This document shows, piece after piece, positions 1-8,727 of a stretch of 41,165 nt of DNA. The notes under the pieces were generated by a model. The model saw only the letters and a program-made list of their open reading frames with translations, had not been told where the DNA came from and did not search any database. The stretch lies in assembly GCA_028876035.1 (NCBI GenBank), contig JAGWTK010000001.1:1-41165 (forward strand), in the 5' to 3' direction. The position numbers and the translations under genes were made by a program. The first letter of the stretch is position 1; every line of letters begins with the position of its first letter. This DNA is from Bacteroidota bacterium. Its GTDB lineage: Bacteria > Bacteroidota > Bacteroidia > Chitinophagales > Chitinophagaceae.

Positions 1-207
1 AATCGGCCATCAAGGCGTTTTGAAGCCAGAGTAGTTACAATGGAGGCAAACGCTTCGCCGTCACTGGGCCGGATAAAACAATTTGCGCGGGAAGGCTATG
101 GAAACCTAAAGTTACCCATAGCAACAAGCTGCAGAACTCAAGCTAACTGATGATTTGGCAGGGAGTTACACAGGGAGAACTTTTAAACTATTAAACCCTT
201 AAACTTT

Positions 208-636
208 TCAACTGCTATGATCCGCTACAATCTTCCACTTGCCTGCAATCTTGCGGAACAGCAGCGTATAGTGACCACTTAAATCACCCACTGTGCGTTT
301 TAGCATCCATTTACCCAGCACCCAGTAATAGTCGGACGAAAGTTTCTGCACTTTTATGATGTCAAAAAAGAGTTTTCCCATCTGTTCGGGACCATTGTAG
401 CTCTTCTTGTAATTTGCCAGCGTATTGGCATAACCGTAAGTAACCCCGTTCTTACCGATGAACATCAGCGAGTCGCTTTGCCAGTAACCCGACATAAACT
501 CCTCGAGGTTGCCTTTGTTCCAATACAGTGTTTGCTGGTTAAGAATTTCAATGATTTGTTTTTTATCATTGCCCGATTGCGCTGTAGCAGCGATTATTAC
601 CAGTGACGTAGCAATAAAGAGAAAAATTTTTTTCAT
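208..636 (-). CDS. secreted SnoaL-like / DUF4440 (NTF2-fold) protein
   Basis: ORF 208..702. The internal ATG at 636 gives a signal peptide, MKKIFLFIATSLVIIAATAQ. The body (YWNKGNLEEFMSGYW...GKWKIVADHSS) fits the NTF2-like DUF4440 pattern. The upstream 66 nt of the ORF are judged non-coding. Confidence 0.6.
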   Translation of the reverse strand: MKKIFLFIATSLVIIAATAQSGNDKKQIIEILNQQTLYWNKGNLEEFMSGYWQSDSLMFIGKNGVTYGYANTLANYKKSYNGPEQMGKLFFDIIKVQKLSSDYYWVLGKWMLKRTVGDLSGHYTLLFRKIAGKWKIVADHSS

Positions 637-728
637 ATTCAGTGGTTGTAGATGAACAGGTGCCAGACCTAATGTACGCACTTTCCTGCTTTGCCCGTTC
701 ATCGGCTTTTTCGTGAGACTGCTGGAAT

Positions 729-764
729 AAAAAAAGGGTACCAGGTCTTGAACACCTGGTACCC
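729..764 (-). terminator. intrinsic terminator closing the GMC operon
   Basis: Perfect 11-bp stem gggtaccaggt (736-746) / acctggtaccc (754-764) with a 7-nt loop. An A-run at 729-735 becomes a T-tract on the minus strand. It lies 58 nt downstream of the small-subunit stop at 822. Confidence 0.7.
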
Positions 765-821
765 CAATGCAACCGGACAGTTATTGGCCGGCCGGCAGTA
801 TGAAGGCTATACGAAGTCTTA

Positions 822-1388
822 CTAAGTTGCCCAGGCTTTATCGCCTTTTTTGTAGTCGATACAACCCTCGTACTTTCCTGGAACTGCCACATAGCGCAGT
901 GCCTGGGTAGCCCCCTCTTTCGAGGTGAAATAACCGAAGAGGGTGAGCTGTTTCATCATCGTGAAATAGTGCGAAGGATCTTCCTTCTTCTTACTCTTCT
1001 GGTATTCCTTGGCTTCTTTATCGAGGGCTGTCAGGAACTTGGTTCGTTCTTCCGGCGTCGCTTCCATAAATGATTTGCCTGTTTCTTTCTTGCAGGCTTC
1101 GTCCAGTTTGGCAATGCCTTCGTGGAAGACTTTCTGATCGCCCTCTGTGTAGCAATCGTTCACCATCACGGTCATAAACTGGCCCACTTTTGCTGCTTTG
1201 GCACCCGGACTGCTGGTGGTGGGCAGGATAGTGTCCGCCACTTCATCCAGGAAGGCGGTGTCCTGGGCTGTGAATACCGCGCCGCCCACCGTTGGTTCAT
1301 TTTTACACCCGCTGAGCAGCAGTTCGCCGCCGATAACGGCACCGCCCGTAAGCACGGTAATCATTTTGAGAAGCTCTCTTCTGTCCAT
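822..1388 (-). CDS. gluconate 2-dehydrogenase subunit 3 family protein (TAT-signal lipoprotein, putative hitch-hiker small subunit of an FAD dehydrogenase complex)
   Basis: 188 aa. The N-terminus MDRRELLKMITVLTGGAVIGGELLLSGC has a twin-arginine motif plus an LSGC lipobox. It sits 19 nt downstream of the last GMC gene on the same strand. Size and placement are typical of the small subunit of GMC/FAD dehydrogenase complexes. Confidence 0.85.
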   Translation of the reverse strand: MDRRELLKMITVLTGGAVIGGELLLSGCKNEPTVGGAVFTAQDTAFLDEVADTILPTTSSPGAKAAKVGQFMTVMVNDCYTEGDQKVFHEGIAKLDEACKKETGKSFMEATPEERTKFLTALDKEAKEYQKSKKKEDPSHYFTMMKQLTLFGYFTSKEGATQALRYVAVPGKYEGCIDYKKGDKAWAT

Positions 1389-1407
1389 ATGGTTTGTTTT
1401 ATACTGT

Positions 1408-3135
1408 TTACAAGTTACCTTTTTTTAATTCATCCACCGCATGATTGGCGGCCCTTGCGGTGAGCGCCATAAATGTAAGCGATGGATTTTGCGTACCCGT
1501 CGACACCATGCAGGCGCCGTCGGTCACAAACACATTGCTGCAGCTGTGCAACTGGTTCCATTTGTTCAGCAGGGAGGTCTTGGGGTCCTTGCCCATTCTT
1601 ACGCCGCCCATCTCGTGTATATCGTTCCCGGGCCTGCGTCCATTATCGAATGCATTGATATTTTTACATCCGGCTGCTTCCAGCATTTCGGAACCTTGTT
1701 GCAGAAAGTCTTTCAACAGTTTTTCATCATTCGCATCATAGTCCACGTTGGCTACCAGCAAAGGAACACCCCAGTCATCTTTCTTATCCTTACTCAGCTT
1801 AACTTCATTTGATGCTTTCGGAATGGTTTCGCCCTGCATCATCATAAACACATTCCAGTAAGGTGCCGGTTCAGTTAAACTATCCTTCCAGGCGCCGCCG
1901 ATGCTGGCACCTTCCGAAGTATCACCCATGCGACCCCTGCCAGCACTGTAATGTACCATATAACCGCGTAAAAAGTCCATTTCCTGTTTGTAAACATTCC
2001 GGAAATTGGGCATCATCACAGCGGTGGGTCTCCTCCCATAATCAATCTTATCTTCAAAGCCTTCGATACTGGCGTTGATGTTTCCCCGGTAGTTATGGAA
2101 GGCGATATATTTACCCAGCAAGCCGTTATCGTTACCCAGTCCGTTTGGAAAGCGGTTCGACACCGAGTTCAGCAATACCAGGTTACTGTTCAAACATGCT
2201 GCATTCACAAAAATGATCCGGGCATAATACTCGAGCTCCTGTTTGCTGTGGGCATCTATCACCTTTACTCCAATCGCCTTATTTGTTTTCTCATCATACA
2301 TGATCGAATGCACCACGGAATCTGGTCGCAATGTGAGGTTACCCGTTTTGAACGCCCAGGGCAATGTTGACGAGTTGCTGCTGAAATAGCCGCCGAACGG
2401 GCATCCCCGGTAACAGATATTCCTGGCCTGGCACTGCCCGCGGCCCTGCTGCAAATGCACATCATTGGGTTTGGTCAGATGTGCGCACCTGCCCTGCACC
2501 ACATAGCGATCTTTATACTTTGCCAGGATTTTTTCCTGGATATGTTTCTCCGGACAATTCATTTCCCAGGGCGGCAAAAACTCACCATCGGGTAAGGTTT
2601 CTACGCCGTCTTTATTGCCACTAATGCCTGCGAACTTCTCCACATGACTGTACCAGGGTGCCAGGTCTTCGTAACGAATGGGCCAGTCAACCGCGAAACC
2701 ATCTCGGGCCGGACCTTCAAAATCATATTTACTCCAGCGCTGTGTTTGCCGTGCCCAAATCAAAGATTTTCCGCCTACCTGGTAGCCACGAATCCAATCA
2801 AAAGGTTTTTCCTGTATGTAGGGGTGTTCTTTGTCTTTCACGAAAAAATGCTGTGTAGCCTCATCAAACGCATAACAGCTATCAGCAATCGGGTTCTCCT
2901 GCGAAAGTTTTGTCGTGAGCCTTGTGCGATGCGGAAACTCCCAGATATCCATCGTAGTTGTTGGATAATCTTTGATATGCTTTACGTCGCGCCCACGTTC
3001 CAATACCAGGGTCTTCAATCCATGATCACACAATTCTTTGGCCGCCCAGCCGCCGCTGATCCCCGATCCGATCACGATCGCATCGTAGGTATTTTGCGCT
3101 TTTGCGCGGTTGTTGATATGTAACGAATCGGCCAT
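1408..3135 (-). CDS. GMC-family FAD dehydrogenase catalytic subunit, paralog 1 (most divergent)
   Basis: 575 aa. Starts MADSLHINN. Carries the FAD motif YDAIVIGSGISGGWAAKEL, the Cys motif CQARNICYRGCPFGGYF, and the C-terminal GMC region DIHEMGGVRMG...VFVTDGA...ELKKGNL. No signal peptide. Confidence 0.9.
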   Translation of the reverse strand: MADSLHINNRAKAQNTYDAIVIGSGISGGWAAKELCDHGLKTLVLERGRDVKHIKDYPTTTMDIWEFPHRTRLTTKLSQENPIADSCYAFDEATQHFFVKDKEHPYIQEKPFDWIRGYQVGGKSLIWARQTQRWSKYDFEGPARDGFAVDWPIRYEDLAPWYSHVEKFAGISGNKDGVETLPDGEFLPPWEMNCPEKHIQEKILAKYKDRYVVQGRCAHLTKPNDVHLQQGRGQCQARNICYRGCPFGGYFSSNSSTLPWAFKTGNLTLRPDSVVHSIMYDEKTNKAIGVKVIDAHSKQELEYYARIIFVNAACLNSNLVLLNSVSNRFPNGLGNDNGLLGKYIAFHNYRGNINASIEGFEDKIDYGRRPTAVMMPNFRNVYKQEMDFLRGYMVHYSAGRGRMGDTSEGASIGGAWKDSLTEPAPYWNVFMMMQGETIPKASNEVKLSKDKKDDWGVPLLVANVDYDANDEKLLKDFLQQGSEMLEAAGCKNINAFDNGRRPGNDIHEMGGVRMGKDPKTSLLNKWNQLHSCSNVFVTDGACMVSTGTQNPSLTFMALTARAANHAVDELKKGNL

Positions 3136-3219
3136 TGGCTTTTGGCAGTTGGCTTTTGGCTTGTTTCAGTGATTAATTCGTGTCTGGTTGCAAAAGGCTA
3201 ATAGCTAACAGCCAACAGC
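3136..3219. repeat. phase-locked degenerate heptad array (12 units) filling the GMC1/GMC2 spacer
   Basis: tggcttt|tggcagt|tggcttt|tggcttg|tttcagt|gattaat|tcgtgtc|tggttgc|aaaaggc|taatagc|taacagc|caacagc. The outer arms are imperfect reverse complements. Confidence 0.8.
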
Positions 3220-3222
3220 TTT

Positions 3223-4932
3223 TTACAGGTTTCCTTTCTTCAACTCGCTTACCGCAAAATCAGCGGCTCTTGCAGTAAGCGCCATATACGTTATTGATGG
3301 ATTCTGGCAGGCAGATGAAGCCATGCAGGCACCATCGGTGATGAATACATTTTTAGCATCGTGCACCTGGTTGTGGCCATTGAGCACCGATGTTTTTGGA
3401 TCCTTACCCATGCGGGCTGTTCCCATTTCATGGATACAGAAACCGGGTGCCGGCGCAGCGTCGTAGGTTGAAATATTTTTCAAACCAGCTTTCTCCAGCA
3501 TTTCGGCGGCACTGTTCATCATATCCTTGCGCATCGCTTTTTCATTTTCTTTGAACTCGCAGTCGATCACCAGCGTGGGCAGTCCCCATTTGTCTTTTTT
3601 GTTTTTATCGAGCGTTACGGTATTCTCATAATACGGAAGGTGTTCTCCCCAGGAGCCAATTCCGAATGTCCAGTTGCCTGGTTCGGTAAGTGAATCTTTA
3701 TAGGCTGCTCCCAAACCTTCTTCGATAGAAATTCTTCCTCTTGCAGCACCCCCCTGGTAACCAAACCCGCGTACATACTCTTTTTGTCTCGTAGCAGCGC
3801 TGATATTACGAAAGCGGGGAATATAAATTCCATTGGGCCGGCGACCGTAGGTGTATTTATCGGCAAACTCGTCTGACTCACCGTTCGCCCCTACGCCATA
3901 ATGATGATCCATCAGGTTATGTCCTACCTGTCCGCTGCTATTGCCAAACCCATTTGGAAATACATCCGATACTGAGCTTAATAGAATATGCGTTGTTCCG
4001 AGAGTAGATGCATTGATGAAAACTATCTTCGCGTAATACTCTTCGGTCTTCATGGTTTCCGAATCGAGTATGCGAACGCCTTTTGCCTTCTTCGTGTCTT
4101 TATCATACAATACTTCCAGCACAATCGAAAACGGACGCAGTGTTAGGTTACCTGTTTTCCTGGCAGCCGGTAAGGTAGCAGAGTTACTGCTGAAATAACC
4201 ACCAAAGGGGCAACCCTCGTGGCATTTGCTCCTGAACTGACAGGGACCACGTTCACCAAGCCTGGCCGTATGATTCGCAGATCGACCGATGATCATACGC
4301 CGGCCGTCTTTGAAACTTTTTTGAATTCTTTCTGCCACCTGCTTCTCCAGGCAGTTCATTTCCATCGCTGGCAGGTATTTTCCATCGGGCAGTTGCGGCA
4401 AATTCTCAATCGAGCCGCTGATGCCAACAAAGGGTTCTACATAATCATACCAGGGCGCAATGTCCTTGTAACGTATGGGCCAGTCAACACCGTGGCCGTC
4501 TTTTGCATTTGCTTCAAAATCGATATCGCTCCAGCGGTAACACTGGCGGCCCCAGGTTAAGCTTCTTCCGCCTACATGGTTACCCCTTACCCAATCGAAA
4601 GGCTTTACCTGTGTGTAGGGATTTTCTACGTCGTTCACAAAGAAATGCTTCGACACTTCGTTAAAGGCATAGCATTTACTTTGGATCGGACTTTCTTCCT
4701 GCACTTTCTTGCTTAAACTACCATGGTGATCCAATTCCCAGGGGTCTTTGTTAGTTCCTGTATAATCTTTCACATGCACTACATCTCTTCCTCTTTCCAA
4801 TACAAGCGTCTTCAATCCCTTTTCGCAAAGCTCTTTTGCCGCCCAGCCTCCGCTGATGCCGCTGCCAACAACGATCGCATCGTAGGTATTTTGTGTGATG
4901 GCTTTGTTGTTGATATTAAGTGAATCCCCCAT
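3223..4932 (-). CDS. GMC-family FAD dehydrogenase catalytic subunit, paralog 2
   Basis: 569 aa. Starts MGDSLNINN. Carries YDAIVVGSGISGGWAAKEL, CQFRSKCHEGCPFGGYF, and CIHEMGTARMG...VFITDGA...ELKKGNL. No signal peptide. Confidence 0.9.
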   Translation of the reverse strand: MGDSLNINNKAITQNTYDAIVVGSGISGGWAAKELCEKGLKTLVLERGRDVVHVKDYTGTNKDPWELDHHGSLSKKVQEESPIQSKCYAFNEVSKHFFVNDVENPYTQVKPFDWVRGNHVGGRSLTWGRQCYRWSDIDFEANAKDGHGVDWPIRYKDIAPWYDYVEPFVGISGSIENLPQLPDGKYLPAMEMNCLEKQVAERIQKSFKDGRRMIIGRSANHTARLGERGPCQFRSKCHEGCPFGGYFSSNSATLPAARKTGNLTLRPFSIVLEVLYDKDTKKAKGVRILDSETMKTEEYYAKIVFINASTLGTTHILLSSVSDVFPNGFGNSSGQVGHNLMDHHYGVGANGESDEFADKYTYGRRPNGIYIPRFRNISAATRQKEYVRGFGYQGGAARGRISIEEGLGAAYKDSLTEPGNWTFGIGSWGEHLPYYENTVTLDKNKKDKWGLPTLVIDCEFKENEKAMRKDMMNSAAEMLEKAGLKNISTYDAAPAPGFCIHEMGTARMGKDPKTSVLNGHNQVHDAKNVFITDGACMASSACQNPSITYMALTARAADFAVSELKKGNL

Positions 4933-4935
4933 GTT

Positions 4936-5005
4936 TAGTCGATAGTCTTTAGTCCGTAGTAGTTAGTCGTCAGCCTGTAGCTTGCAGCTTGCAGCCTGCG
5001 GCTAC
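4936..5005. repeat. phase-locked degenerate heptad array (10 units) filling the GMC2/GMC3 spacer
   Basis: tagtcga|tagtctt|tagtccg|tagtagt|tagtcgt|cagcctg|tagcttg|cagcttg|cagcctg|cggctac. It starts 4 nt from the GMC2 start codon and overlaps the GMC3 stop codon. Confidence 0.85.
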
Positions 5006-6714
5006 AAATTCCCTTTCTTCAACTCACCCACCGCATAATTCGCCGCCCTTGCCGTGAGCGCCATATAGGTAAGCGAAGGGTTAACGCAGGAGGCGGAGGT
5101 CATGCAGGCACCATCGGTTACAAATACATTTTTTGCATCCCATACCTGGTTGTGTTCATTGAGCACCGATGTTTTTGGATCGCGGCCCATGCGCGCACTG
5201 CCCATTTCGTGGATACCATCGCCGATCTCGTGACCAGTATCACGCGTTTTGATGTCTTTCACACCGGCGGCTTCCAGCATGGCGACTGCTTCGCTAACAA
5301 TATCTTTGCGCATCTTCAGTTCATTTTCCTGCAGCACTGCATCCATTGATAAAATGGGAAGCCCCCACTTATCTTTTCCTGTTTTATCCAAACTGATTTT
5401 ATTCTGGTGGTGCGGCAACACTTCGCCAAAACCACCGATATTCATTGTCCATGCACCAGGCTCCGTGAGCGCATCTTTGAATGCAGCGCCGATCGCCAGT
5501 TCTTCGACTGATCGGTTATAACCTTGTCTGGCTGCACCACCCTGGTAACCAAATCCACGCAGGTAGTCGCGTTTGTCGCCATTGATGTTTACGAACCGGG
5601 GAATATAGATACCGTTTGCGCGGCGACCATAATAGTATTTGTCTTCATAACCCTCTACCATGCCCGATGCACCGAGGTTATAGTGATGGTCCATGATATT
5701 GTGACCCAGTTCCCCGCTGCTGCTCCCTAAACCATCGGGCCAGATATCGGTGGCCGAATTCATCAATACCCAGGCACTGTTAAGGGCAGATGCATTCACG
5801 AAAACAATCTTCGAATAGAATTCGTAGGTCTTGTTGTTCTCTGCATCCATCACTTCTACACCCCTGGCTTTCTTCTTGTCTTTATCATACAGAATTTTCG
5901 ACACGATGCTCCAGGGACGGATAGTGAGATTACCCGTCGCCTTTGCCGCGGGCAAGGTAGAAGATTGCGTACTGAAATACCCGCCGAAGGGACATCCTTC
6001 CCAGCAACGGTTTCTGAACTGGCAATTGGTTCTGCCCTTATGCGGCACCGTTAGATTGGCCACACGGCCGATGATCATGTGTCGTTCGCCTTTCCACTTG
6101 TCTTTTATGCGCGCCGCTACATCCTTCTCCACACAAGTCATGTCCATCGGTGGCAGGAATTGACCATCGGGCAGGTGTTTGATGCCTTCCAGTGAGCCAC
6201 TCACACCAATATGCTTTTCTACATGATCATACCAGGGTGCAATGTCTTTATAACGGATGGGCCAATCGATTGCCCAGCCATCTTTTGCATTGGCTTCAAA
6301 GTCGAGATCACTCCAGCGATAGCTTTGCCTGCCCCATAAAATAGATCGACCACCCAACTGATAAGCGCGCCACCATTTAAAAGGTTTCTCTTCGTAATAA
6401 GGCGCTTCGCTGTCTTTCGCCCAATAGTTGATAATGGGCTCCGACTTACCCCAGGTGCGGGCAATCACCGGGCGATCTTTGAGATCTGCGAGCGGGGTTG
6501 TACCACGATGGGGAAAGTCCCAGGGATCTTTATTAGCCGATGCGTAATCTTTGACGTGCTCAAAATTGCGACCGCGTTCCAGCATCAGGACTTTTAATCC
6601 CTGTTCGCACAATTCTTTCGCTGCCCAACCACCACTGATACCCGAACCGATGACGATCGCATCGTAGGTTTGCTGCGTTGTAGCGCTGTTGTTGATATGG
6701 AGTGTGTCCGACAT
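5002..6714 (-). CDS. GMC-family FAD dehydrogenase catalytic subunit, paralog 3
   Basis: 570 aa. Starts MSDTLHINN. Carries YDAIVIGSGISGGWAAKEL, CQFRNRCWEGCPFGGYF, and GIHEMGSARMG...VFVTDGA...ELKKGNL. No signal peptide. Confidence 0.9.
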   Translation of the reverse strand: MSDTLHINNSATTQQTYDAIVIGSGISGGWAAKELCEQGLKVLMLERGRNFEHVKDYASANKDPWDFPHRGTTPLADLKDRPVIARTWGKSEPIINYWAKDSEAPYYEEKPFKWWRAYQLGGRSILWGRQSYRWSDLDFEANAKDGWAIDWPIRYKDIAPWYDHVEKHIGVSGSLEGIKHLPDGQFLPPMDMTCVEKDVAARIKDKWKGERHMIIGRVANLTVPHKGRTNCQFRNRCWEGCPFGGYFSTQSSTLPAAKATGNLTIRPWSIVSKILYDKDKKKARGVEVMDAENNKTYEFYSKIVFVNASALNSAWVLMNSATDIWPDGLGSSSGELGHNIMDHHYNLGASGMVEGYEDKYYYGRRANGIYIPRFVNINGDKRDYLRGFGYQGGAARQGYNRSVEELAIGAAFKDALTEPGAWTMNIGGFGEVLPHHQNKISLDKTGKDKWGLPILSMDAVLQENELKMRKDIVSEAVAMLEAAGVKDIKTRDTGHEIGDGIHEMGSARMGRDPKTSVLNEHNQVWDAKNVFVTDGACMTSASCVNPSLTYMALTARAANYAVGELKKGNL

Positions 6715-6812
6715 TGGCTTTTGGCTATTGGCTGTTAGCTTGTTTACGTTACAAATTCCTGTTTTTGTCTCCTACGGGCTAAGAGCCAACAGCTAATAGC
6801 CAACTGCTTCCT
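6715..6812. repeat. phase-locked degenerate heptad array (14 units) filling the GMC3/GMC4 spacer
   Basis: tggcttt|tggctat|tggctgt|tagcttg|...|gctaaga|gccaaca|gctaata|gccaact|gcttcct. The TGGCT-type arm and the AGCCA-type arm are imperfectly complementary. Confidence 0.8.
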
Positions 6813-8629
6813 CACAAATTGCCTTTCTTCAACTCTTCCACCGCATGATTCGCCGCTCTTGCAGTGAAAGCCATATAAGTAAGTGAAGGATTAACGCAAG
6901 AGGCAGAGGTCATGAATGATCCATCGGTAACGAATACATTCGGTGCATCCCATACCTGGTTCCATTTGTTGAGGACCGATGTTTTTGGATCGGCACCCAT
7001 ACGTGCAGAACCCATTTCGTGAATACCGCGACCAAGCGTACCATCACCTTCACGGCCTTTCACGTCTTTAACACCGGCGGCTTCCAGCATTTCGATGGCA
7101 TCGGCCACCATATCCTTGCGCATTTTCTTTTCGTTCTCTTTGTATTCAACATCCATCGCGAGTACAGGCAGACCCCATTTGTCGAGACGTTGTTTACCAT
7201 TTTTATCGGGAACCGGTTTGGTACCCAGGTCGAGACCAGTCACCGGATCTTTGTAAGGTTCAGTCTTATCGCCGTACAATTCTTTGTCGATGTACACGCG
7301 GTTCTCGTGGTATGGTAATGTTTCACCAAAGCCACCGATATTCATCGTCCAGGAGCCCGGTTCTGTGAGTGCATCTTTGAAAGCACCACCAATCACCAGT
7401 TCTTCCAGTGAACGGTTATAACCTTGCCGGCTCGCACCGCCCTGGTAGCCAAAGCCACGCAGGTAATCGCGTTTATCACCAAAGAAATTGCGGTAACGCG
7501 GAATGTAAATGCCATTCGCACGGCGACCGAAATAGTATTTGTCTTCGTATCCTTCCACACGACCCGCAGCGCCTACACCGAGGTGGTGGTCCATGATATT
7601 GTGACCGAGCTCACCACTGCTGCTACCCAATCCATCGGGCCAGATATCGGTAGCGGATTGCATCAGTATCCAGGCGCTGTTGAGGGTAGAGGCGTTCAGG
7701 AAAATGATCTTTGCGGTATAGGTATATGTCTTGTTGGTTTCTGCATCGAGTACTTCTACACCAGTTGCTTTTTTCTTGTCTTTGTCGTAGAGGATTTTAG
7801 TTACAATGCTCCAGGGGCGCAGCTTCAGGTTGCCCGTTGCCATGGCGGCCGGAAGGGTAGAAGACTGGGTGCTGAAATACGCACCGAACGGACAACCCAG
7901 CCAGCACTTGTTGCGGAACTGGCAATTGGTTCTTCCCTCATGCGGCACCGTTAGATTGGCGGTACGACCGATGATCATCGAACGATCCTTAAATTTTTCT
8001 TTGACACGCTTTGCTACATCCTTTTCTACGCAGTTCATATCCATCGGCGGAAGAAACTGTCCGTCGGGCAATTGCGGTAAGCCTTCTTTGGATCCACTGA
8101 TCCCGGCGAATTTCTCTGCATAATCGTACCAGGGTGCAATTTCTTTATAGCGAACGGGCCAGTCGATCCCAACACCTTCTTTGGCATTTGCTTCAAAGTC
8201 CCAGTCACTCAGGCGATAGCTCTGGCGACCCCACATGAGCGAACGACCGCCTACATGGTAACCCCGGAACCAGTCGAACCGTTTGATTTCGGTATACGGA
8301 CTGTCCTTATCGCTGCACCAGTAGTCGAGGTTGGTTTCATTGAGCGGATAATCGCGTTTCAACACGGGATAATCATGGATCATCTCCTGCGTACGTCCGC
8401 CCCTATGCGGGAACTCCCAGGGATCTTTGGTGGCATTCACGTAATCCTTCACGTGTTTGATATCTCGTCCGCGTTCCAGCATCAATACCTTCAGGCCTTT
8501 TTCGGTCAGCTCTTTTGCAGCCCAGCCGCCGCTGATACCGGATCCGATAACGATGGCATCGAAGCTGGTTTGCTCGGCAGCGTTGGTATTGATGTTAACT
8601 GGTTTCTGTAGGGAAGTATCTCCTGGCAT
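6812..8629 (-). CDS. GMC-family FAD dehydrogenase catalytic subunit, paralog 4 (long form with ~30-aa insertion)
   Basis: 605 aa. Carries FDAIVIGSGISGGWAAKEL, CQFRNKCWLGCPFGAYF and GIHEMGSARMG...VFVTDGS. It has an extra segment, ELYGDKTEPYKDPVTGLDLGTKPVPDKNGKQRL (about nt 7187-7282), that paralogs 1-3 lack. Confidence 0.9.
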   Translation of the reverse strand: MPGDTSLQKPVNINTNAAEQTSFDAIVIGSGISGGWAAKELTEKGLKVLMLERGRDIKHVKDYVNATKDPWEFPHRGGRTQEMIHDYPVLKRDYPLNETNLDYWCSDKDSPYTEIKRFDWFRGYHVGGRSLMWGRQSYRLSDWDFEANAKEGVGIDWPVRYKEIAPWYDYAEKFAGISGSKEGLPQLPDGQFLPPMDMNCVEKDVAKRVKEKFKDRSMIIGRTANLTVPHEGRTNCQFRNKCWLGCPFGAYFSTQSSTLPAAMATGNLKLRPWSIVTKILYDKDKKKATGVEVLDAETNKTYTYTAKIIFLNASTLNSAWILMQSATDIWPDGLGSSSGELGHNIMDHHLGVGAAGRVEGYEDKYYFGRRANGIYIPRYRNFFGDKRDYLRGFGYQGGASRQGYNRSLEELVIGGAFKDALTEPGSWTMNIGGFGETLPYHENRVYIDKELYGDKTEPYKDPVTGLDLGTKPVPDKNGKQRLDKWGLPVLAMDVEYKENEKKMRKDMVADAIEMLEAAGVKDVKGREGDGTLGRGIHEMGSARMGADPKTSVLNKWNQVWDAPNVFVTDGSFMTSASCVNPSLTYMAFTARAANHAVEELKKGNL

Positions 8630-8650
8630 AGTTATATTCTTTTAATCGTT

Positions 8651-8727
8651 ATTGCTATTGGCTATTGGCCATTGGCAATTAGCTATTGGCAAAAAGCTAA
8701 CAGCCAAATGCTAAAAGCTCACGGCTA
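8651..8727. repeat. phase-locked degenerate heptad array (11 units) in the GMC4/GMC5 spacer
   Basis: attgcta|ttggcta|ttggcca|ttggcaa|ttagcta|ttggcaa|aaagcta|acagcca|aatgcta|aaagctc|acggcta. It ends on the GMC5 stop codon. Confidence 0.85.

Noticed and set aside
1-150. An open frame running from the window edge to TGA 148-150 (...GRIKQFAREGYGNLKLPIATSCRTQAN*), possibly the 3' end of a plus-strand gene.
   Set aside because: Only 49 codons are visible, with no recognisable motif. An open stretch of that length can occur by chance, so it cannot be supported from this window alone.
566-892. A 108-aa minus-strand ORF spanning the gap between the small-subunit gene and the DUF4440 gene.
   Set aside because: It overlaps two better-supported genes and runs straight through the 11-bp-stem terminator at 729-764. 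The translation is Arg/Ser/Thr-rich with no family features.
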